A DNA stretch of 64,000 nucleotides from positions 102,013 to 166,012 of the IMG/VR virus record IMGVR_UViG_3300033273_000550; one strand, written 5' to 3'. This document shows, one piece after another, positions 20,341 to 30,584 of this stretch (the stretch's first letter is position 1; each line of letters opens with the position of its first letter). The notes under the pieces are model-generated. The model was not told the origin of the DNA and ran no database searches. It saw only the letters and a program-made list of their open reading frames with translations. The translations under genes were made by a program, and so were the position numbers. Source of the DNA: a virus.

Positions 20341-21081
20341 ATGAGAGAAAGACTACTTTATGTTGAAGGTGATAGCTGGACTAGAGGTGATGAAATAACT
20401 TACGATATTAAAGATACGTGGGGTTATACGTTAGCTACTAGTAACAAATTACAGTTAGTCAATACTGCTGAACCTGGTTCTTCTAACGACGGTATAGTAA
20501 GAAGGTTAATTAACAATATTAGTAATTTACTTAAAAAGTATAATCATTGGAATATACATGTAGTAATTGGTTGGTCATCACCAGAACGTAAAGATTTTTT
20601 CTATAATAATGCATGGGATGTTACTTATCCTGCTCAATTTGATTTTACAGATGATGATAAGACTAGAGAAGATTTTCATAGACTGTACGTTGAAAAGTAT
20701 TGGAACGAGGAGGAATATCTTTACAGGTATATTAGTAGTGTGATTAATGTTACTTATTTTCTACATAGTAAAAATATTAAAGTAAACCATTTTAATGCTT
20801 TTTATGAAAATAAGTTTGGTATAGAAAATGGAGAAACTACAAATAATTTTGTAGAAAATTTTTACAATAAAAAAGATAGAGGCTATTTAAAGTATTTACA
20901 TTTAGATAATCTATTAGAAGAGTATAAGTTAATTTATAATAAATACTTTATTGATAAGTCGTTTTTAGAGTATGTTAATGAGATAAAAACAGAGGACAAG
21001 TTATATTTTGATAACTACCACCCTACTCCTTTATCACACAAAAAATGGGGAGAGTATTTAAGCAAAAAGTTGTATGGTTAG
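20341..21081 (+). CDS. SGNH/GDSL hydrolase-fold protein
   Basis: VEGDSW block I, PGSSN, VVIGWS, DNYHP (DxxH). Confidence 0.8.
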   Translation: MRERLLYVEGDSWTRGDEITYDIKDTWGYTLATSNKLQLVNTAEPGSSNDGIVRRLINNISNLLKKYNHWNIHVVIGWSSPERKDFFYNNAWDVTYPAQFDFTDDDKTREDFHRLYVEKYWNEEEYLYRYISSVINVTYFLHSKNIKVNHFNAFYENKFGIENGETTNNFVENFYNKKDRGYLKYLHLDNLLEEYKLIYNKYFIDKSFLEYVNEIKTEDKLYFDNYHPTPLSHKKWGEYLSKKLYG

Positions 21082-22414
21082 TATAGTAGAAGATTTTAAT
21101 AAGATTAGGTTGCATGATCCCGAAGCGTTTCCTGATGTGATGAAACTATACGATCATATTGACGAAATAAAAGAAATAGATAATAGAGGTTTTGAACTCT
21201 GTAGACCTTTATTTTCTCATTCAGAATTACCTAAGTATTTAGATTGTAAAAATATAGATAAAAAAGAGTTTAAATGGGATCAAGAATTTATTTATTCTGT
21301 GCTTTTACATCATAATAATGACTTAGCTGCTAAACATCTTAATTTAATACCGTTTGATATTTTAGAAGCTGTACGTAAAGGTAGCTGTAAATTAATTTTA
21401 GATAATGTTCTCGAAGGTAATAGTATAGATAAATTTTTAGATATTTTATATAAGTCTATCCTTACTTTAAATTTACCTGCTGATAGGATATACTATGTAA
21501 CTAATAATCTATTAGCAGAGAAAGTTCATGCTGACTATTTAGAAAAAAATCCTAAGATAAAAAGCATAAACGTTATTTCATTTATGTATAACGTTATGGA
21601 TGTACATAATTTAAAAGTTAGACCATTATATCATAATCCTATTATAAAAGGAGATTCGTACGAAGTTAACACACCGTATGAAACTACAGCTTTACCACAA
21701 AAACTAGATATAGAAGAAGAGATAGAGTATAAAAAGCAAAATATAGATAAAATAAAAAAGCTTTTAAAAGTAAATAGAACTAACAGAGAAGAAAGAAATC
21801 TATTTATGCTGTACCTTAATAAACATGAACTTTTAGATAACTTTGCTTTAAGCTTTCCTGACTTACCTGAAAACTATTACTACCCAGAACAATTTAAACA
21901 TTTGCTAGAACCTACTAATATTGAAAGTTTAAAAAATAAATTACCCTTTGATATAGACGAAAGCGATAGAACTAATCACGGTCCAGCAGGATTTGGGTTA
22001 AACGAATTTGACGCTGATTTACCTTTTAACCCTATACATTATAGGGACACTTTTATAAGTGTAGTTATGTGTGCTTTTCCTTTTACAGAAAATGCCTGTC
22101 ACTTACATAGCTCTACATTCAATCCTATCTACTGTGGTCATCCAGTTATAGAGTTTGGACCTTACAGACATTTAAGAGAGTTAAAAAATAGAGGTTTTAA
22201 AACTTTTGACAAGTGGTGGGATGAAAGTTATGATGAGATAGAAAATCCTTGGGACAGATTTAATGAGATATTAAAAATAGTTCATAAATTGGCTTTAATG
22301 AGCAAAGATGAGTTATTAGAGATGTATATAGATATGAAAGATATTTTACAATATAACTCTGATCTTATAAGCAATTTCGACGGAAAAAGTTTTTTAAAAG
22401 ATAGATTATTATGA
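21074..22414 (+). CDS. Hypothetical protein, probably GT-B/glyco-related phage family
   Basis: C-terminal NR..R.ER...TFNPI..GHP...G....L..L...GFKTF..WWDESYD motif, which I recognise from phage glyco islands. Confidence 0.5.
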   Translation: MVSIVEDFNKIRLHDPEAFPDVMKLYDHIDEIKEIDNRGFELCRPLFSHSELPKYLDCKNIDKKEFKWDQEFIYSVLLHHNNDLAAKHLNLIPFDILEAVRKGSCKLILDNVLEGNSIDKFLDILYKSILTLNLPADRIYYVTNNLLAEKVHADYLEKNPKIKSINVISFMYNVMDVHNLKVRPLYHNPIIKGDSYEVNTPYETTALPQKLDIEEEIEYKKQNIDKIKKLLKVNRTNREERNLFMLYLNKHELLDNFALSFPDLPENYYYPEQFKHLLEPTNIESLKNKLPFDIDESDRTNHGPAGFGLNEFDADLPFNPIHYRDTFISVVMCAFPFTENACHLHSSTFNPIYCGHPVIEFGPYRHLRELKNRGFKTFDKWWDESYDEIENPWDRFNEILKIVHKLALMSKDELLEMYIDMKDILQYNSDLISNFDGKSFLKDRLL

Positions 22415-22851
22415 TACCGGAGTTTTATAATAAAAAGTTTACTGTTATTACTAAAGAGAAAATCACTTTAGATTTACCGGATTATATTGTTAATTTTTAC
22501 GGTTCCTATGATAAGTGTTATTATGATATAAAAGATTACGAAATTAGCAATGATACGTTTTTTAACGGACATATTATTTTTAATATATTAGAGAAATATC
22601 AAGATGGAATAGAAAAAGTTATAGAAAGTATAATTGAACATAATATTTTAACTCCTAAAAATATCTTTGTTACCGGTATTCATCATCATGGTGTAGACTC
22701 TAAATGTTACTTAACAGATAGTATATGTTACTGTAGTTCCTGGGTGTTGCCTTTTGTATTGAATACAAGCAGGACAGAAAATAACTTATACGGAGAAATG
22801 CAAGTACATAGAATTACTATAAACGAAATTAAAATACAATCATCTATATGA
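22411..22851 (+). CDS. Hypothetical protein
   Basis: 146 aa, ATGA overlaps on both sides. Confidence 0.55.
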   Translation: MIPEFYNKKFTVITKEKITLDLPDYIVNFYGSYDKCYYDIKDYEISNDTFFNGHIIFNILEKYQDGIEKVIESIIEHNILTPKNIFVTGIHHHGVDSKCYLTDSICYCSSWVLPFVLNTSRTENNLYGEMQVHRITINEIKIQSSI

Positions 22852-23627
22852 GAATAGCAGTTTGTATAAGCGGGCAGTTAAGAAACTGGAGATTAGGTTT
22901 CGAAAATCAACAATGGTTCTGGAAGACTGCAAATAGAGATATTGTTGAGGTAGATTATTTTGCTCATACCTGGACAAGTAGTATGGATCGCGAAGGAGTA
23001 TCGCAATCTTATATTGAAAGAGAAGTTGACCAAAAAGAATTTTTAGAGTTCTGTAATAACTTTAACGTTAAAAAAGCTATTTTAGATTCAAAAGAGCAAA
23101 AATCCTTTTATGGAAATGATCACTGGAGCGGGTTATTTTATAGTTTTGCTAAATCTATTCTTTTAAAAAGAGAGTATGAGTTAAAAAATAACTTTGAATA
23201 TGATATAGTAGTTAAATCCAGACCTGATGTAGTATTTAACCCTGATAGGACTTTTTTCATACCCTCTCTACCTAACAATAGTATTTACACTACCCATGGT
23301 GGTCCTATGAAAATGGAGTTTTATATGTACAACTTTAATGATTGCGTTTTCTTTAGTAACTCTTATACTATGGATTTACTACTTAACATACTCCCCTATA
23401 GAAAAAAAGGAATAATTGACTCAGATGAGCAGTTGAAAAATATACACCCACTAGGTCCCGGTGCTCTATTACATGATTATTTTAGAGAATATGGTATAAC
23501 TCCTCATTTTGGGTGTTCCTTTAACGAGGTACTTCTAAAACTAGGATGTCCTGATGATGTTGATATGTTTAATGGTAGAGATTTTAAACGGATGGAAAAG
23601 TATTTTTCCGAATGGTATACTAAATAG
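22848..23627 (+). CDS. Putative glycosyltransferase-like protein
   Basis: MRIAVCISGQLR...DYFAHTW...YDIVVKSRPD motif set; related to 39815. Confidence 0.55.
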   Translation: MRIAVCISGQLRNWRLGFENQQWFWKTANRDIVEVDYFAHTWTSSMDREGVSQSYIEREVDQKEFLEFCNNFNVKKAILDSKEQKSFYGNDHWSGLFYSFAKSILLKREYELKNNFEYDIVVKSRPDVVFNPDRTFFIPSLPNNSIYTTHGGPMKMEFYMYNFNDCVFFSNSYTMDLLLNILPYRKKGIIDSDEQLKNIHPLGPGALLHDYFREYGITPHFGCSFNEVLLKLGCPDDVDMFNGRDFKRMEKYFSEWYTK

Positions 23628-23630
23628 GTT

Positions 23631-24422
23631 ATGATAAACTTAAATAAGAAAGGTACAGTAATACTAACACACTATAGATCTGGTGGTACTCAATTAAGGT
23701 CTATACTACATGGTGTTTTAGAATATATTTATGAGGTCCCTATTGACGATACGTGGGAACTTAATTTTGATGATCAAGATTACGGTTTTGATTACAATAA
23801 GTATCTTACTGAAATTTTCTGTAAAGAGCCGAATGGTTATCAAACTATTCAATTGAATAATCCAATGGTAAGTAGTTATATAGAAAGTACCGATTGGATG
23901 GAAAAAATTATAAAGGATTATGAAGTTATAGTTTTAGAGAGAACAGATATAAAAAAAGCTTTACTTTCATTACCGTTATGGGAAAAATTTATTAAAGAAG
24001 GGTATTACGACTTAGGACCTGACGGATGGACTAGCGGTAATATGAATATTTTTCACAACACTCTTAAGAAAGATCCTATACGGTATACTGAAATATACCA
24101 GGGTATACATTTTGAATTCAACGATTGGAAAAATTATAGAAAGTATTTAGATTTTCAATTAATGCTTTTTTTAAATAGAATTAGAAGCAATAGGTATATA
24201 GCTAGCAAATATAGTCTTCCTGTAATTTACTATAGTGAATACGAATTTGAAACTACTGATAAATTTATTCACCGATTTAAACTAAAAGATGGATCAGATA
24301 AATCCAGATTACGAGGAATGATTGATACTACTAGAAAACACAAAATACCTTATATAGAACAGGATTACTTAGAGTATTTCGACGATAAGACTAAGCAAGT
24401 ATTTAAGTATTGGCAACTATAA
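23631..24422 (+). CDS. Sulfotransferase-like protein
   Basis: ILTHYRSGGT loop, VIVLERTD, VIYYSEY. Confidence 0.55.
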   Translation: MINLNKKGTVILTHYRSGGTQLRSILHGVLEYIYEVPIDDTWELNFDDQDYGFDYNKYLTEIFCKEPNGYQTIQLNNPMVSSYIESTDWMEKIIKDYEVIVLERTDIKKALLSLPLWEKFIKEGYYDLGPDGWTSGNMNIFHNTLKKDPIRYTEIYQGIHFEFNDWKNYRKYLDFQLMLFLNRIRSNRYIASKYSLPVIYYSEYEFETTDKFIHRFKLKDGSDKSRLRGMIDTTRKHKIPYIEQDYLEYFDDKTKQVFKYWQL

Positions 24423-25363
24423 TGAGAAAAAAAGTAGCATTTTATACCTGTACCAACGGGTTAGGACATTACAAAAGAGTAAGCGAAGTAGCTTTACACT
24501 TAGTTAATGACTATGATGTTACTATATACTGTAGTAAATCACAGGCAGAGAAGATAGGTACTGTAGGTTATGCTGAATACATTTATTATACTCAAGATAA
24601 CATCAAATGGAACTTAGTAACTAATGGTGAAAGCGATAAAGCAATAGATACCTACCTTAGCTGGTTACTCCAGTACGGTTCTACAGTAAAAAATTACGAT
24701 ATAGTTATATCAGATAATCTAGCCGGGCTATGCCAATACGGTGATGTAATCTTAATGGGTTCTTTTTTCTGGAAAGATGTATTTAAGTCATACCTTGGGA
24801 ATAATAGATTAACAAGACTCGATGAACGTACATTATTAGATAAGCACCCTACTATTATTACTAATAAGTACGTTGAAACTCAATCAATGAAAGAGTATCC
24901 TTATAAGTTTCAAACAGGTTTTGGTGAATTAAGTAGCCCTCGTATAGCTCATAGCATAAAATACCTATATTATTTACCTCCTAGTAATGATTATGGGTTA
25001 GGTTATAGTAGAGTCATAGATAAGATTGCTAGATTAGATGTACCGTATATTAAATCCGGAGGAGACATACCAGATTTTCCTGAAGCTACTGCTATAATTG
25101 CAAGACCTGGTGTAGGTACTATCACACATTGTGTAAAAAATCAAATACCTCTTATAGCTCTTTATAGTACTAAAGATTCTGAAGAGATAATAGAGCTAGC
25201 TCATATAGTAGAAGAGTTAAAAATAGGATTTAAACAAGATATAGATGAACCTTTACGTTTAGATAAGTTCAAAATGATGAATAATAATACTATATTTTGT
25301 TATGCTGAGAAGTTTGAAGATCAAGGTTACAAAAAAATAGCAAACTATATAAAAGAGTTATGA
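24422..25363 (+). CDS. GT-B fold glycosyltransferase (GT28/GT1-like)
   Basis: NGLGHYKRV, DIVISD, IARPGVGTI..C....IP; ATG at the TAATG overlap preferred over TTG 24410. Confidence 0.7.
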   Translation: MRKKVAFYTCTNGLGHYKRVSEVALHLVNDYDVTIYCSKSQAEKIGTVGYAEYIYYTQDNIKWNLVTNGESDKAIDTYLSWLLQYGSTVKNYDIVISDNLAGLCQYGDVILMGSFFWKDVFKSYLGNNRLTRLDERTLLDKHPTIITNKYVETQSMKEYPYKFQTGFGELSSPRIAHSIKYLYYLPPSNDYGLGYSRVIDKIARLDVPYIKSGGDIPDFPEATAIIARPGVGTITHCVKNQIPLIALYSTKDSEEIIELAHIVEELKIGFKQDIDEPLRLDKFKMMNNNTIFCYAEKFEDQGYKKIANYIKEL

Positions 25364-26121
25364 AAATTGGTATAGTAGGCGTCGGAGTAGTAGGAAGCGC
25401 AATAAAGAAAGGGTTCGAAGAACTAGGACATGAAGTAAAAGTACATGATTTAAAGTTAGGTACGTACATAACAGATGTTTTAGATACTGAGATAGTATAC
25501 CTATGTCTTCCAACTAATTCTAAGCCTGATGGTTCTTGTGATACTGAGGCTCTCATCTGGACTATAGATGCACTATCAGATAAATACTACAAAGGTATCG
25601 TAGCTGTAAAATCAACTATCATACCAGGTACTTATGATAACCTAAAGGTAATGTTTCCTAGTGATAGACTATGCTTAGTACCAGAATTTTTAAGAGAAAA
25701 GTATGCGTTCGAGGATTTCACTCAACGTCATAATGTTTTAGTTATAGGTACTAATAATGAAGAATGTTCTAAAGCTGTAATTAAGTCCCACGGCTACTAC
25801 CCAAAGCAGGTTAAGATATTAACTCCATACGAATGTGAATATGTAAAGTACTTTTCGAATGTTTTTAAAGCGTATAAAACTGTCTTTGCTAATTCATTTG
25901 GTAAGTTATGTGAAAAAAACGGTGTTGATTATAGTAAAATATTAGATGTATATCATGCAGAAGATGTAAAAGAGACTGCTTACTTAAATTACTTTAAAGA
26001 AGGATTTGGCGGGATGTGCTTACCAAAAGACGTAAAAGCATTAGCTAAGTTTGCCGAAGATACCGATATAGATACTTTTAACTTTATACTTTCAGAAAAT
26101 AACAAATTTTTACATGAATAG
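25360..26121 (+). CDS. UDP-glucose/GDP-mannose dehydrogenase family protein (short, lacks C-terminal domain)
   Basis: GVGVVG Rossmann, CLPT, KSTI.PG, PEFLRE, KY..N, GFGGMCLPKD with catalytic Cys. Confidence 0.9.
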   Translation: MKIGIVGVGVVGSAIKKGFEELGHEVKVHDLKLGTYITDVLDTEIVYLCLPTNSKPDGSCDTEALIWTIDALSDKYYKGIVAVKSTIIPGTYDNLKVMFPSDRLCLVPEFLREKYAFEDFTQRHNVLVIGTNNEECSKAVIKSHGYYPKQVKILTPYECEYVKYFSNVFKAYKTVFANSFGKLCEKNGVDYSKILDVYHAEDVKETAYLNYFKEGFGGMCLPKDVKALAKFAEDTDIDTFNFILSENNKFLHE

Positions 26122-26956
26122 AGTTAGATACGCATTTGAAGAATTTAAGGATTTGAAATCTTTTGATATTATACCTTATCAAGATATTATCGATAGGTAT
26201 AACAGTATTCAAATGTCTACATATAATGATTCTCTAGAAAAATCAGATAAAAACACTCAACCGGTAAATTCGACTAAAGAGAAATTTAACCCAAAGCTAG
26301 CTTGGAAAAAACACCCACCTCTCCGATTTAGATACCAGTCTCCAAATACCGGGCTTTCTACATTAGTAAAAGCAGATACTGCTTCTATGGATATGCAAGG
26401 TTTAGGAGAAACATGGGATCATTTTGCTTATTTTACTATACCGTATGAATTCGTTAATAAATTTCAAACAAAAGTTTTAGAGAATCAAATTATCACACCC
26501 TTTAGGTTGTTTATGAAAGAAGCAATAACACAAGGATTAGGACCTAAAGAAATAATGAAATTGAGAAATAAGTATGATAAACTTTACCCTGATCTATATA
26601 ATCATCAAGATTTTAGACCTAAAGTTCCTTATTGGAGATATATGTTAATAGTAGATCAGTTTATTTCAATACTATATGACGGTGTAGTTTATCCTATCTG
26701 TTACAACAATCCAAGTGAGATACTAGACAGAGGAACCCACCGTTCATTAATGATGGCAGGTTCTTATTGTGATGTACCTGTATTAATTTGGTACCCTGAA
26801 CTAGGAGGCAAAGAATTAAAAGAAGAGTGGAAAATTAAATTACAACCAGGGTTTTCTGATAAGAATTTATACATGATACCAGATTATAAAAATAAAATTT
26901 TAAGGTTCTATGATGATGGGGAGGAATTAGAATACACAAATAACAACTTAATATGA
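26114..26956 (+). CDS. Hypothetical protein with ParB/Sulfiredoxin-like motif, paralogue A
   Basis: SI..DGVVYPI...ILDRGTHR...DVPV; shares DLK.FDI..D..DRY and KYDKLYPD with 31263. Confidence 0.55.
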   Translation: MNRVRYAFEEFKDLKSFDIIPYQDIIDRYNSIQMSTYNDSLEKSDKNTQPVNSTKEKFNPKLAWKKHPPLRFRYQSPNTGLSTLVKADTASMDMQGLGETWDHFAYFTIPYEFVNKFQTKVLENQIITPFRLFMKEAITQGLGPKEIMKLRNKYDKLYPDLYNHQDFRPKVPYWRYMLIVDQFISILYDGVVYPICYNNPSEILDRGTHRSLMMAGSYCDVPVLIWYPELGGKELKEEWKIKLQPGFSDKNLYMIPDYKNKILRFYDDGEELEYTNNNLI

Positions 26957-27627
26957 AAAGTATAGCTATAATAATACATGCTAGACAAAAAAGCACTAGA
27001 TGTCCTAATAAGCATTTAAGACCTCTCAATAACTCAGGAGACTGTATATTGGATATTGCAATACGCAATGTAGTAGATCTTAAAAATGTAGAAGAAAAGT
27101 ATCTAGCAGCACATGAACAAGCTATTAAAGACCATTACATACCTGGTATAGACATACTACATAGGGAATATAATTCTGTTGCTCCTGGAAATGCTCATCA
27201 TAGTATAATGTATAAACATTTAGAGAATGTTAAATCAGACTATATTATAAATTACAATCCATGTCAACCTTTTCTTAAGGTAGATAAACTACAGGAAGTT
27301 ATAGATTGGTTTAAGAAATCTCCAATTGAAAGTGCCATTACTGTAAAAGAATCTAAAAACTTTTACTGGGAAAAAAATGCAAAACCAGTTAATTTTAAAC
27401 CTAACGATAGGTTATCTACAACTTCTGGGCCTTCTTTATGGGAGGCAACACATTCATTAGTTATGTATAAACGTAGCTATATGTTGGAAAACTGGGAATT
27501 ATTTCCTAATTTGTACTATGAACCATATCCCTACCTCATTGACTGGCCTGAAGAAGAGTTAGTAGATGTTGATACTGAATTAGATTTTAAACTTGTAAAA
27601 ACTCTTTATAATGAAATACGTAATTGA
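26953..27627 (+). CDS. Acylneuraminate cytidylyltransferase (CMP-nonulosonate synthetase, NeuA-like)
   Basis: IHARQKSTRCPNKHLR, NPCQPF, VDVDTELDF. Confidence 0.85.
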   Translation: MKSIAIIIHARQKSTRCPNKHLRPLNNSGDCILDIAIRNVVDLKNVEEKYLAAHEQAIKDHYIPGIDILHREYNSVAPGNAHHSIMYKHLENVKSDYIINYNPCQPFLKVDKLQEVIDWFKKSPIESAITVKESKNFYWEKNAKPVNFKPNDRLSTTSGPSLWEATHSLVMYKRSYMLENWELFPNLYYEPYPYLIDWPEEELVDVDTELDFKLVKTLYNEIRN

Positions 27628-27910
27628 TATAGATGATACTATTTGTAAAGAAGAAGGACCAGTAATAGATAGACTACCTTTCAAAGATAGAATAGAAAAG
27701 ATAAATAATCTATATGATGAAGGACATACCATTATATTCTATACAGCAAGAGGTAATAAAAGCGGTAGAGGAGAAGCATATTATAGACCTATAACAGAAG
27801 CACAATTAGAAGCTTGGGGGGTAAAATATCATCATTTGTATTTCAAACCTTTCGATGCCGACATATTTATAGATGATAGAGGAGTACACCCAGATGAATT
27901 TTTTAAATGA
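27611..27910 (+). CDS. Capless HAD phosphatase (EcbF/BcbF capsule-biosynthesis type)
   Basis: VIDIDDTI, FYTARG, KP..D.FIDDR in 99 aa. Confidence 0.85.
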   Translation: MKYVIDIDDTICKEEGPVIDRLPFKDRIEKINNLYDEGHTIIFYTARGNKSGRGEAYYRPITEAQLEAWGVKYHHLYFKPFDADIFIDDRGVHPDEFFK

Positions 27911-28497
27911 TACTCAATATAAAAAAAGTTTTAGAAGCGGTTAATAATCCAATAAATGATCCTTGGACTCATTATATTGTAGACGACATTCTCAACTACG
28001 ATTTTACCTATGAATCAAGTTTTGTATTTGACCATGATACATTCTTTCAGCTTATAGGTGAACTTGAATACTATAGACATGAAATATTAAAGACTTATAA
28101 CCCTATTAGGTTAAGAGAAAATGCTCAAGGAGAACCAAGAGAAGAAGTAAAAAATACTTGGGCTAGAGTAAATTGGTTGACAGAACCGCCTTATGTCGAT
28201 AGAGAGATTCATATGGACAATATTAATAAAATATGGACATGTGTTATATACTGCCATCCAGTTGATAATACCGGTACTGTATTAATAGAAGCTGACGGTT
28301 CTACTGTTGCCAAGGAAATAGAGTGGAAGCAAAATAGAGCTTTAATATTCTCACCAGGTAATTCTAATCAACCTACTTGGCATAAAATAATTAATAGTAC
28401 TAATAAAACAAGAAGAGCTATAGCACTTAATATTCAAACTAATAACGATAAACTAAAAGTACCTTATTATGTTTACGATAGGGATCAACAATTATGA
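27907..28497 (+). CDS. 2OG-Fe(II) oxygenase-like protein
   Basis: IHMD, TCVIY, GT, EWKQNRALIF, TWH, RRAIALN. Confidence 0.7.
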   Translation: MILNIKKVLEAVNNPINDPWTHYIVDDILNYDFTYESSFVFDHDTFFQLIGELEYYRHEILKTYNPIRLRENAQGEPREEVKNTWARVNWLTEPPYVDREIHMDNINKIWTCVIYCHPVDNTGTVLIEADGSTVAKEIEWKQNRALIFSPGNSNQPTWHKIINSTNKTRRAIALNIQTNNDKLKVPYYVYDRDQQL

Positions 28498-29231
28498 TGA
28501 AGCAGTTTTTTAATATAGTAGTTCCGATGGCAGGAAGAGGTTCAAGGTTTCAAGAACAAGGGTATACTGACTCTAAACCGTTTATTGACGTAAACGGTAA
28601 ACCTATGATACAAAGAGTAATTGAAAATTTAGATATTGAATTTGATAAAAATTTTAAATTTATTATAATTTGTCAACAAGCAGATTTTGATAAATATGAT
28701 TTTAGTTTCTTTAATGAAATAGTAGGTCATGATAATATAGAAATAATTAAATTACAAAGTACTACTCAAGGAGCTGCTTGCACTCTATTGACAGCAAAAT
28801 ATTATATAGATAATAAAATTCCCTTACTTAGTTTTAACTCTGATCAACTTATAGACTATAATGCTAACGAAACTTTTAGTAGAATGAGTCTTCATGATGG
28901 TGGAATACCTTGCTTTATCGGTGAAGGTAATGATTGGAGTTATGCTAAAACTAATGAAGACGGGTATGTAGTAGAAGTAGCAGAAAAAAAGCAAATTTCT
29001 AACGATGCTACAGCGGGCTACTACTACTGGAGCAGAGGCTCAGATTTTGTTAAGTATGCCGAACAGATGATAGAAGCTAACGATAGGGTGAATAATGAAT
29101 TTTATGTAGCACCTGTATATAACTATGCTATTAAGGACGGTAAACATATTGTGATAACACATGTGGATAAGGTGTATGAATTAGGTACACCTGAATATCT
29201 ACAGAATTACTTAAATGGACTTACAAAATAA
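28494..29231 (+). CDS. Sugar-phosphate nucleotidyltransferase (GT2_BcbE-like), copy 1
   Basis: VPMAGRGSRF..GY..SKP.IDV.GKPMI, GAACT, NSDQ, VAEK..IS..AT.G.YYW, LGTPE. Confidence 0.85.
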   Translation: MMKQFFNIVVPMAGRGSRFQEQGYTDSKPFIDVNGKPMIQRVIENLDIEFDKNFKFIIICQQADFDKYDFSFFNEIVGHDNIEIIKLQSTTQGAACTLLTAKYYIDNKIPLLSFNSDQLIDYNANETFSRMSLHDGGIPCFIGEGNDWSYAKTNEDGYVVEVAEKKQISNDATAGYYYWSRGSDFVKYAEQMIEANDRVNNEFYVAPVYNYAIKDGKHIVITHVDKVYELGTPEYLQNYLNGLTK

Positions 29232-30096
29232 AGATACATTTTTAGATTATAGAAAAGAACAAGAGAAGAGTATACTAGCGAAAGCAGATATTACAAATCC
29301 TCTTAGTTCTTTACTTACTGTAGAGGTTAATACTACTGAACTTTGCAATAGAAGATGTGTGTTTTGTCCTAGATACGATAAAGATGTTTACCCTAACCGT
29401 AACCTTAATATGACTGTAGAAATAGCAGAATTGATAGGTAAAAATTTAAAAATAGATAACTACAAAGGTAAAGTATCTTTTAGCGGATTTAGTGAAAACT
29501 TTATTAATAAGAAATTCGTTGATATAGTTGCTAAATTAAGAGAGTACTTACCTGATAGTTTATTTGAATGTAACACTAATGGGGATTTCGTCACTGAGGA
29601 TTACGTTAGACGTCTATATGATGCAGGATTAGATATACTTTATATTAATCTTTATGATGGAATAGATCAAATAGATAAATTTAATGCTATAATGAAACCT
29701 TTTAAGCAAGAGCAGTATAAGTATAGAGCTCATTACTCTCAAGCTGATTATGGACTTAATTTAAATAATAGAGGAGGTTCTATAACTTGGTTAGGCACTG
29801 ATGAAGACTCAGTGGAGAACTTAAAAGGTACACCTTGTCATTATCCTTTTTATAAGATGTTTGTTGATTGGAATGGAGATGTGATTTTCTGTTCAAATGA
29901 TTGGCAAAAAGAAATTAAAATAGGTAATTTGTCGAAACAGAGACTTAAGGATGTATGGTTCAACGATAAAATCAATAATATAAGAAAAAGACTTATAAAA
30001 GGAGATAGATCAGAAAGTCCTTGCAACAAATGTTCGGTTAACGGACAAATGTTCGGTAAAACTAGTTTTGAAATACTTAAAAAAGCTATCGTATGA
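29215..30096 (+). CDS. Radical SAM/SPASM(twitch) protein
   Basis: CNRRCVFC; C-terminal C..PF..DWNGDV.FC..DW...IGN...CNKC. Confidence 0.9.
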   Translation: MDLQNKDTFLDYRKEQEKSILAKADITNPLSSLLTVEVNTTELCNRRCVFCPRYDKDVYPNRNLNMTVEIAELIGKNLKIDNYKGKVSFSGFSENFINKKFVDIVAKLREYLPDSLFECNTNGDFVTEDYVRRLYDAGLDILYINLYDGIDQIDKFNAIMKPFKQEQYKYRAHYSQADYGLNLNNRGGSITWLGTDEDSVENLKGTPCHYPFYKMFVDWNGDVIFCSNDWQKEIKIGNLSKQRLKDVWFNDKINNIRKRLIKGDRSESPCNKCSVNGQMFGKTSFEILKKAIV

Positions 30097-30584
30097 TTGT
30101 GAGTATGACAAATAAAAACAGAGGACTAGGGTTAGAACTATCTAAACGGTTTGATAATGTATTTGACGGATTTGAAAACTCCTCAGATGTATTTATTAAT
30201 ATAAGGCATAATAGTTTTAACCAGACAGAAATGTTAATGTATGCATATGAGCAATGGAAAGAAGAGAAAAAGACTATAGTTAACATTATAAGCCGTAGTA
30301 AATACCCTAATATTTCTAAAGGTTATTTATATTCTGCATCTAAAGCAGCATTAAGTCATTTATCTACTAATCTTAAAATGAATAGTACTAAAAAATGCAG
30401 AATAATTGATATAAATCCTGGATTATTAGAATCTGATCTACCTTCTTTAAGTTATAAGGAAGTAGCAGATGTAATAGAATACTGTATTAACCTACCTTTT
30501 CATATAGAGGTAGGAGAATTATCATTATGGCATAATACTCCGTATAATGTCGTATCAAAAATGAAAGATGAAAGAAGAGCTTAA
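30093..30584 (+). CDS. Miniature short-chain dehydrogenase/reductase
   Basis: TNKNRGLG degenerate Rossmann, IVNI.S, YSASK, INPG. Confidence 0.75.
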   Translation: MIVSMTNKNRGLGLELSKRFDNVFDGFENSSDVFINIRHNSFNQTEMLMYAYEQWKEEKKTIVNIISRSKYPNISKGYLYSASKAALSHLSTNLKMNSTKKCRIIDINPGLLESDLPSLSYKEVADVIEYCINLPFHIEVGELSLWHNTPYNVVSKMKDERRA

